Assembly: GCA_034226945.1 (NCBI GenBank)
Contig: CP120458.1
Coordinates: forward strand, 868,001-932,000
Reading direction: 5' to 3'
DNA from: Picochlorum sp. SENEW3
Lineage: Eukaryota
DNA length: 64,000 nucleotides
Part shown: piece by piece, positions 55,981-64,000 of the stretch
Layout of the letters: each line of letters opens with the position of its first letter
Position numbering within the stretch: position 1 is the stretch's first letter
Position numbers and translations under genes: made by a program
The notes under the pieces: generated by a model
What the model was told of the DNA's origin: nothing
The model's input: only the letters and a program-made list of their open reading frames with translations
The model's database searches: none

Positions 55981-58900
55981 ATGGACAGAATGAATGGAAC
56001 TCCTCCACGCAAGGTCTCGTTTTCTCCAAGGTTTTCGTTGGTGGACGAGGAGGAGGAGGGGGGCTATACCAAGACTGGTGAAGATGTCAGAGCAGGGTTG
56101 GTGACGCAGCCATATAGTCATCAAGGTGGCACGTATCGTCACTCATTTAATGTAGATATAGAAGATAATGGGGATGATGTGCTGCTCGATTGGGAACAGT
56201 ATTCCAGAACTACGCCTCGGTGGAGGCTTTTTGGAAAGGAAATTGGGTGCTTGTCGCCACCAGACTGGTGGTATCATTTAACAAAAGGGCAAAGGCGGTT
56301 GCTGTTTTTGTTTTTTATTGGTGCTACGTCATTTACGTTGATATTATTGGTGATGATGGCGTTGGCATCGTTGCATTTTGGTGGTGGGCCATATGTGCCC
56401 CATCCTGATATTGCGTGTGAATGGAATGAATGGCGTTTGCCGGATTGGGTGAAGCCGGCGGCGTATAGTTTGGATTTTGAAGTGAATATGGAAGAGCCTT
56501 GGACGGTAGAGGCATCTGTGTATATCGATTTGGATGTGTTGCATTCGACTCGGTGTGTTGTGCTTCATGCCGCAGACATGTCTGTTGTAGAAGCTCGATT
56601 GGGAGGGGATGACGGTTTGGTGGCGATGAACAAGACGTATGACGAATCTTTAGAGCAGTTGACGTTACGGTGGGATGATGCAATTTCTGTTGGGGAGCAG
56701 CGGTTGTATATGACGTTTACATATCCGTTGCGGGAGGGTATGGCTGGTTTTTATAAAAGCACGTACATGGATGATGGGAAGGAAGAGACGCTTGCGGCGA
56801 CGCAATTTGAAGCGAATTCTGCGAGAATGGCGTTCCCATGTTTTGATGAGCCTCATCTGAAAGCACCATTCACGGTTGAAGTTGTGACGAGCAAGGATTA
56901 TACTGTTTTATCGAATATGCCAGCGAAAAAGGTTCACCACCATGACACACAGGAAGAGGGGCTGCAGGCGTGGCATTTTGAGACATCTCCGCCAATGTCG
57001 ACGTATCTGCTTGCTATTATTATCGGTAAGATGGAATCGGTCACGAGGGAGATTGAAGCACCTGCAGAAGGAGTGTGGCTGCCACAGCTGGAAGATCAGG
57101 ATGGCAAGGTGTCAGAGATGAAGGAGAAGCGTGTCGTTCAGGTTTGGGGAATTCCTAGCCAGATACAGCATCTTGAATATGCAGCAGATGCAGCATCTCG
57201 GATTGTCCCAGTGTATGAGAATGCGTTAAACGTTGCGTATGCATTGCCAAAGCTTGATTTGGTAGCGATACCTGATTTTGCTGCTGGTGCCATGGAGAAT
57301 TGGGGGCTGATTACGTACAGGCAGTCTGCGTTGCTGGTCAGTCCTACCTCTTCTTTGGCTGATACTCGATATGTGACGCTTGTTGTTGCGCATGAACTTG
57401 CACATCAGGTAGGTTTTCTTTGCCTTTTTTTTTCAATCATTGTTGATGGATGCTGCAAAGGGTAGGTGTGATTGATGCAGTGGTTTGGTAATCTCGTGAC
57501 CATGTCTTGGTGGAATGAATTGTGGCTGAATGAAGGTTTTGCAAGCTATTTTGAGTACTTGGGATCGGAGGCTGTCCATGGAAACATGTCGTTTTTGGAT
57601 GGTTTTTACTTTGAAAATCTGCCAAAAGCATTGGATTATGATGGGAAGAATGTGTCACATGCCTTGTCGATGGGCAATGAGCTGGTCGATTCCTCTGGAG
57701 CAATCGAAGGTGTTTTTGATGCAATAGAGTATCAAAAGGGTGCCTCGGTTCTGCGTATGCTGCGAGCATGGATGAACAAGGGCTCCACAAGGGATGACTG
57801 GGAGTCGCAGCCATCAGAGGATGATCCATTCTTGAAGGGCATTAACGAGTACCTGCGGAAGCACAGTTTCCTTAATTCAACAGGAGTGTCGTTATGGGAA
57901 AGTTTTGATACCTCTACAGAGTTGGATTTGCTGCCGTTGATGAATGAGTGGACATTTAGAGATGGATATCCTTTGGTAACAGTGTCACTGGATGGGAAGG
58001 GGAACATCAAAGCCAAGCAGGAGAAATTTTCCGTGTCAGAAGAGATGTCTTGTGATACAGAAAATCTATGGTGGATACCAATATCCTTTGTGAGCAGTGA
58101 TTCAACCACCCAGATAAAGTGGGGTGAACTGAATGCTTGTCAGTCTTTAAGGCCTCTGATGACGCTGCCGAAGAATGGCTGGGTCAAGATCAATGCTGGT
58201 CAATACGGATATTATAGAGTGAATTACTCACCTCAGCTTTGGAGTCAACTTCACGATGCTGTACAGCAGTTTGACTCAAATGGGTTTCCTTTGCTTGGCG
58301 GTGTTGACGTTGCCGGCCTGGTAGAGGATAGTTTCCATGTGGCTGGTCATGGGATCACTATGGAAGTATTCTTAAAGTTTCTCCAGGCCTTGCATCGTAG
58401 ACCTGTAGATGAAGCCGGACCCTGGATGTCAGCTTTGCCATATATCCGAAGGATTGACAATTTGGTTTCATGTCAGAAAGATTGGTCAAACTTTGTCAGT
58501 AGCAGCATTTTAGAACCTTTCATTGAAAATGGAACCCTCAGTGGAAATTTGGGTGAAAACCTCGTAGATTTCTTCACATTTTCTGGGACCACAGAGATTG
58601 ATGGAGTCTCCAATCCGGCTGAACTACAAATGTTGAGACCTGCAATTATTGACATTGCGGGATATTTTGGCACCCAGTCAATTGTGGATGAGGCCAAATC
58701 ACTATTCAAGGATGTCGCAAAAGGAAAATCGCCTGGCTTGCACCCAGATTTGCGAAGTTCGTTGTATAACACGATAGCAAAAGTGAATAAGAAGAATGAC
58801 ATGAGCACAATGGTTTCTATGTTGAAGGCAGCAGAGAATGCAGATGAATCTGAGCGCATCATTCGGGCCTTGGGTATATTTGACCATGGACACGACAGCT

Positions 58901-59268
58901 TGAAGTTATCCTTGGATCCGGCAGTAAAAGCACAAGATATGGGTATTTTGATGGACTCGATTTCATTCCATGGGGGTAACAAAGCTGCTGTGAGACTCAT
59001 TGAATGGATGCAGGGGAATATTGGACCTCTCTACGAGAAACTAGGACAAGATACAGTTGCAGGGCGAAAGCTTGGCCAGATAATCGAGCGCGCAGCAGCT
59101 CATATTAAAGATACGGAAACTATGAGTGTGCTTCGGGCGATTCAGGACGAGTCCTCGGACATTCTGGAGGATGTGCGGTACATTGATAGGGCTATTGAAA
59201 GCATCCGTTCAAATGCGAAATGGGTTGCAGACCACAGTGACTTCGTATGTGACTGGATATCTGAATAA
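55981..59268 (+). CDS. M1 aminopeptidase, type II membrane
   Basis: TM anchor, TQFE...AR.AFPCFDEP, GAMENWG, HELAHQ and WFG joined across intron ~57409-57480, LWLNEGFA, ERAP1-C-like tail. Confidence 0.95.
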
Positions 59269-59324
59269 TAACTATACATTTTATACATATCACTTGGTAC
59301 ATTTAATGTAATCATATCACGTTA

Positions 59325-61496
59325 TCACTGTGAGATTCCCGACTTTTTCCATGAGTCCACAAAACTTTTCAATCTGTTTCCAAAATGGTTAAGCCCATCT
59401 TCCTTTTCTGCAACTTGCTCTTCGTCATCTGCAACTTCGTCCAATGGATGTGCTGAGACGCTGTTTTCCGTTTCAGAAGGACTAGCATTATTTTCCTGAG
59501 GAGTCTGTGGAGCACTCAATGCCGATGTGACAGGGCTTTTCTCTTCATCCCTTTCAGAAGGTTGGGTTCGTCGCAAAAGCCTTGAGAAAATGTTTGCTTT
59601 GACATGCGGATCGGAGTCAATTGCTGGATTTTTCATGCCGACAATCTCATTTTGGAGCTCAAACACATCGTTTTGAGACATATCTAGGGCATGAGATAGT
59701 TTCGCCGAGAGCTCCACGTACTGGACTTTCTCGTGGACTGCTTGAGACAGCAGGTCAAGACAAGATTGGTACGCCGTCTGAGCAATATCCCTCTCTTCCT
59801 TCGCAGACCCAAGATATTCATTATACACATGCAAAGACTTTACGAGACAATTTCTTTCTGTCAATAGACGTTGTACTCGTCTGTCCTCCGTGTCAACATT
59901 TTCTGAAACACATCGAGGACTTGTAACCTCCTCAACAATTTTCAACAGAGTCTTGTACTGATGTTCATCTAAATTCGACTCATCCGCAACGATGCACAAT
60001 TCCTCTGCAGATAATAATTTACTCTCATCATCTAGCTCAATCTTGAGCTCGGCTGCAGACATTAGAGGAGAAAGTGCCATTGCTGATAAACCTGGCTTGC
60101 TCATCCTGTCTCTGACACTGGACTCTGGTATCATCATGCTCTCCTTATGCGGCGTATCCTTTTTCAATTCTTCTATAGTGGCCAAAAGATTTTTGTTCTC
60201 CTGATAGATCTCGTCATAATTTTCATCTGCAGTTCGAATAACCTCCTCCAATGCAAACACCCGAGCTTTGGCCCTCTCCAACTCCTTTAAAAGACTCTTG
60301 TGTTCATCACGTCCCAAGACAACGACTCTACCTCGTTGCCCACTTTCTTTCCCCAAACTCTTTTCTAAAAGGTCAATTCTTTTCTCCAGGACCTTGCAGT
60401 GTTTGCAAGGCTTGCTCTGGCCAACATCTATCACATTTTGCTGCACAATATTCTTGATTTTCGAGGCCCCATAAATGTATTTCAACGTATTTGCAGTCCT
60501 CCCAGACGATTTAAACGGACTAATGCATCCAATAAATATCGCACTCCATCCATCACAGTCAGTTCCACCGCCCAAAACAGACCTTAAATCATACGTCAGC
60601 CTGGAAAGCCTATAATTCACACTTTTTCCAGTTTGGCTGACATCATTAATGACAGTTTGTAATGCACTAAGACCAACATTAATGCCAGATCCCTGCTTAT
60701 GCTGTTGAGATCCAGTGACTGCTGACGAAGCAGATTCAGATCCAGCAAGATCTACAAGCATAAACTTCCCAAACACCTTTTTCCCGTCTCGCATGGTTGA
60801 CAAATCAATAGTAAAGATTGCATGGGATCTTGAGCTTCGAAGATTGCCATCCGTCCTGTCAGTATTTCGCAGCATCGACCCATGCCGCAGATGATCATAA
60901 AGTGCATCCGATGATTGAACAGCGTGTTGTTGCTTTGAACCGCACGCAAAGCTCAATTTTCTTCTCAAAAACCCATCCAAGAGATCAAACACTTGCTCCT
61001 TCCCAAGAGACTCCTTGTATATTTCAATCATGCTGCATTCCACAACCAAATCCACCAAATTCAATTCTTTCTCCAATTCAAAAATTCGTCTCGACACATA
61101 TGCTCCAATAGACCCCTCCCATGCCCGCTCTGTAGCAATATTTTGGGTGGTACCACACAAATAACTCTTGCCAGACCCAGTTTCTCCAAACGCAATCACT
61201 GCTGCAGACTCTCCCTTTACTAAACATCCACGAAGGAGTGGCTCAATCTGTTCTGTACATAAATCATCGATTGGCTTCCCACCAAAACCGTACACAGCAT
61301 TCGCAAAACTGTACAGCCGCTCCTGCTCCTGCTTCTTTCCGGAAGCCTCCACTCGAATATCAAAAATTTCCTCTCCACCATCTCCATCTCTTCTCTCAAC
61401 GCATATACAATCCAAAGAATCAAATGTGTTCCTATGATAGCTCTCAGGAGGTCTAATGACCACTACAGGCTTGACGTAACGCTCTTCTTTTCCCAT
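59325..61496 (-). CDS. Kinesin-like protein (N-terminal motor, coiled coil)
   Basis: GETGSGKS, SSRSHAIF, LVDLAGSE, YRLSRLT. Confidence 0.9.
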   Translation of the reverse strand: MGKEERYVKPVVVIRPPESYHRNTFDSLDCICVERRDGDGGEEIFDIRVEASGKKQEQERLYSFANAVYGFGGKPIDDLCTEQIEPLLRGCLVKGESAAVIAFGETGSGKSYLCGTTQNIATERAWEGSIGAYVSRRIFELEKELNLVDLVVECSMIEIYKESLGKEQVFDLLDGFLRRKLSFACGSKQQHAVQSSDALYDHLRHGSMLRNTDRTDGNLRSSRSHAIFTIDLSTMRDGKKVFGKFMLVDLAGSESASSAVTGSQQHKQGSGINVGLSALQTVINDVSQTGKSVNYRLSRLTYDLRSVLGGGTDCDGWSAIFIGCISPFKSSGRTANTLKYIYGASKIKNIVQQNVIDVGQSKPCKHCKVLEKRIDLLEKSLGKESGQRGRVVVLGRDEHKSLLKELERAKARVFALEEVIRTADENYDEIYQENKNLLATIEELKKDTPHKESMMIPESSVRDRMSKPGLSAMALSPLMSAAELKIELDDESKLLSAEELCIVADESNLDEHQYKTLLKIVEEVTSPRCVSENVDTEDRRVQRLLTERNCLVKSLHVYNEYLGSAKEERDIAQTAYQSCLDLLSQAVHEKVQYVELSAKLSHALDMSQNDVFELQNEIVGMKNPAIDSDPHVKANIFSRLLRRTQPSERDEEKSPVTSALSAPQTPQENNASPSETENSVSAHPLDEVADDEEQVAEKEDGLNHFGNRLKSFVDSWKKSGISQ

Positions 61497-61792
61497 TGTG
61501 CTTGCAAGCAGCCAATTCGTGTGTACCAGATAGCAATCGCTAGAGCCGTCAAGTACTCCGGAGCAACATGATAATCAAATTCTTATGTATATAATTGATG
61601 TTAAATTCAATGAGCTCGCCATTTGATGAACCAGGAAGGGAGATGCTTTTTGAATCGCATTCGCCGGTAAAAAGAACATCGATCGATGCCTCGGCGAGGC
61701 AGCAACGAGTCGAACAATTGCATCAGTGCCATCTGGTGATACAATGCAATGCCACACCACAAATTTCTGGCACATTTTAAGTATAGATTATT

Positions 61793-62908
61793 ATGGTTCA
61801 TCCAAAAGGGCTTGAAATATTGTCCAGGTTTGTTGGGTTGGCACAGCACCGCACAAGCTTGTGCGGGCAGAAAGGTGTCTCCAACCTAGCGTATGGCTTT
61901 GGATGGTCTGCTGTCGCAAACCAACCGTGTGATAGATTGTTCACGTACGTTTTTGTATTTATAAGCCATCTTGGCGTGATATATGGAGCCTGAGAGGATG
62001 AATTCATGCCATCCATTGCAATGCTGGCAACAGAGCTTGACTTGACTATCCTTTTTGTGGGGTTTATGCGCAGGTCGAAGGCCAATGGCTCCAGCGATGT
62101 CGATAATAAGAGCAGTGAGGACATTGTGCATGAAAAAAATCAAAACAAGCCTGCAAAAGAAAGCGGCAAGCCTGGGAATGATGATGAGGGTTTTGTGCCC
62201 AAAGTTGTGGTGTTTGGTGGCAGTGGTTTTGTTGGGAGCAAGGTTTGTCAGCAGGCAATCGATATGGGTTTGGATGTCGTCAGTGTGAGTAGATCAGGGA
62301 GACCAGGGTTTTTGAGTGGTAGTGCATGGGCTGATACTGTGAACTGGGTGCGCAGTGATGGTACAAAAAGCGATGGGGTATGGAAAGAGGTGCTGCATGG
62401 ATCAGCTGGCGTTGTGAGTACGATTGGAGCGTTTGGTTCGAATGAATTCATGTACAAAATGTGTGGAGAGGTTAATATGAATATTATGGAAGCTGCCAAG
62501 GATGCGGGCGTGCCCCGATTCTCGTTTATTTCTGTTCATGATTACAGTTTTCCTGGTGGTTGGCAAGCACAAAACTTCCTTTTAAGGGGATATTTTCAAG
62601 GCAAGAGGGATGCAGAGGCTCGATTAGCAAAGCTGTATCCAGATTCAGGTGTCGCGCTACGGCCGGGTATGATTTATGGAACACGTCATGCTGGGAATAT
62701 GACAATTCCTCTTGGATTGGTAGGTGTTCCTCTTGCAGCTGCATTGAAAGTTCTTCCTTCGAAAAGCTTGGCTGGTATGCCAATCATAGGAGCTGTTTTT
62801 GTGCCACCTGTTAGCGTTGATGCGGTCTCAAAAGCCGCTGTTACTGCTGTTGTGGATCCACAGGTGCCAGGAGGAATCATGGATGTTTGGGACATCCAAA
62901 AATACTAG
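61793..62908 (+). CDS. Atypical SDR/epimerase-family NAD(P)-binding protein (COQ11-like)
   Basis: Probable 5' exon from 61793; VFGGSGFVG, SVSRSG, GYFQGKRDAE, LRPGMIYG, PPVSVDAV. Confidence 0.85.
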
Positions 62909-63129
62909 ATCCAATGTGCAATGTGTGTAGGCAACGACGAGCGAGAAGCAAGATGAAGAATCCGACACTCATCCTGATTGCATTACATGTATACCATTGT
63001 TCTATTTGATGTTTTTGCATTATTAAATCTATCAATCTGAAACAACGTATAAAATATAAAAAGACAGAAATTTTAGCATGGCATTTGGTTTGTAATTGTA
63101 TATGTACCAACTGTGTCTAGGACGAGCAC

Positions 63130-64000
63130 TCAAAGTTGAAGTGCAGCATCAATGTAGCCACCCAAGATGGAAGCCAGTGTGGCAGAAGACCTCTCTTGTG
63201 TCCAAGCGTCTACGTCATTTACAAGACGCATCAATACCCTCGCACGTTTGCATGTTGAAGGACATGGAAACCCTTCTTGCAGAGCATCCAACACCTCAAG
63301 GATGCTGTCAGCCACCTCATACTGCTCATATGACCTTCCATTTGCTTCATTCATCGTTGGAAGGTGAACCAGAGCAGCAGTCTGGACAAGAGCAAGAATA
63401 GCATTGCCATTATCTTTTGTGCTTAGACAGTGAGATGGATGGTATGAGTCATATTGCCATGTGTAATTTGAAATACTCCTCAAAGCACCCGAGGGGCATA
63501 TCTCCTTGGTCCTCAATACTTTATGCAAAAGACTCCTGTATGCCATCAGGTCCTGTCGAAGCATGGGTCGCTTCAGATACTCCCAGGTAGATGGAGCAAC
63601 AAGCCATTCATTCAGCTCTGCAGTGGTGCTTAGGCAGGGAATGATTTCAGCTGCCATAGACTCCTGCACATCATCTTCAACGCATGCATCCTGTGCACTC
63701 AGCAGAGATGCTACATCAGCATCTCTATTTTCTACGTAAGAATGCTGATCAGTACTTGCCATTGACCTTGCTGATGCAACAGAGTTGACTCTGGAATGGG
63801 AAAAGCTCATGTTTGATGAGGAGTCAAAGATGGAGGAGCGATACGAATACGGGTTCGACCCTCTCCCCAATTTGAATGACAGCCCTCGAACCATGCCAGA
63901 GACTGATGATGCCCTGCTCAACACAGATGCCTTGATGCGGGAAGAGAGATGGGCTCCATGTGCTTCCTTCTTCTTCTTCTTGTCTTCTGCACGATGCCTC
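63130..64000 (-). CDS. 3' part of a hypothetical protein that starts beyond the window
   Basis: Open frame of at least 264 aa running toward the window edge; no family recognised. Confidence 0.6.
   Translation of the reverse strand, partial: RHRAEDKKKKKEAHGAHLSSRIKASVLSRASSVSGMVRGLSFKLGRGSNPYSYRSSIFDSSSNMSFSHSRVNSVASARSMASTDQHSYVENRDADVASLLSAQDACVEDDVQESMAAEIIPCLSTTAELNEWLVAPSTWEYLKRPMLRQDLMAYRSLLHKVLRTKEICPSGALRSISNYTWQYDSYHPSHCLSTKDNGNAILALVQTAALVHLPTMNEANGRSYEQYEVADSILEVLDALQEGFPCPSTCKRARVLMRLVNDVDAWTQERSSATLASILGGYIDAALQL

Overview
Gene-dense eukaryotic nuclear DNA from a green alga. Short GT-AG introns, tiny intergenic gaps and many plastid-targeted genes point to a compact trebouxiophyte such as Picochlorum (inference). 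All family calls are recognised by eye from motifs; no database search was run. About 40 protein genes are present, including TRS130/TRAPPC10, a GT71 mannosyltransferase, ispE, gamma-tubulin, NAMPT, a P3A H+-ATPase, PrxQ, riboflavin kinase, NDC1, eIF4A-III, PP2A-C, RF2, CYP38, RBD1, an M1 aminopeptidase and a kinesin. Highlights: (1) The first ~3.2 kb is a mosaic of truncated gene fragments. It holds the C-terminus of a Fanzor/TnpB-type nuclease that is missing from the ORF track, followed by a structured omegaRNA-like tract that runs directly into a 5'-truncated ribosome recycling factor gene. A separate unexplained three-way-junction RNA lies at 305-417. (2) Two spliced genes missing from the ORF track (HIG1-domain and B12D/NDUFA4-like) lie near an ENOD93 gene; HIG1 and ENOD93 correspond to the two halves of yeast Rcf2 and sit head-to-head. 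(3) A tandem family of secreted proteins is built from a 53-aa, 6-Cys repeat. (4) Long perfect palindromes recur in intergenic DNA.
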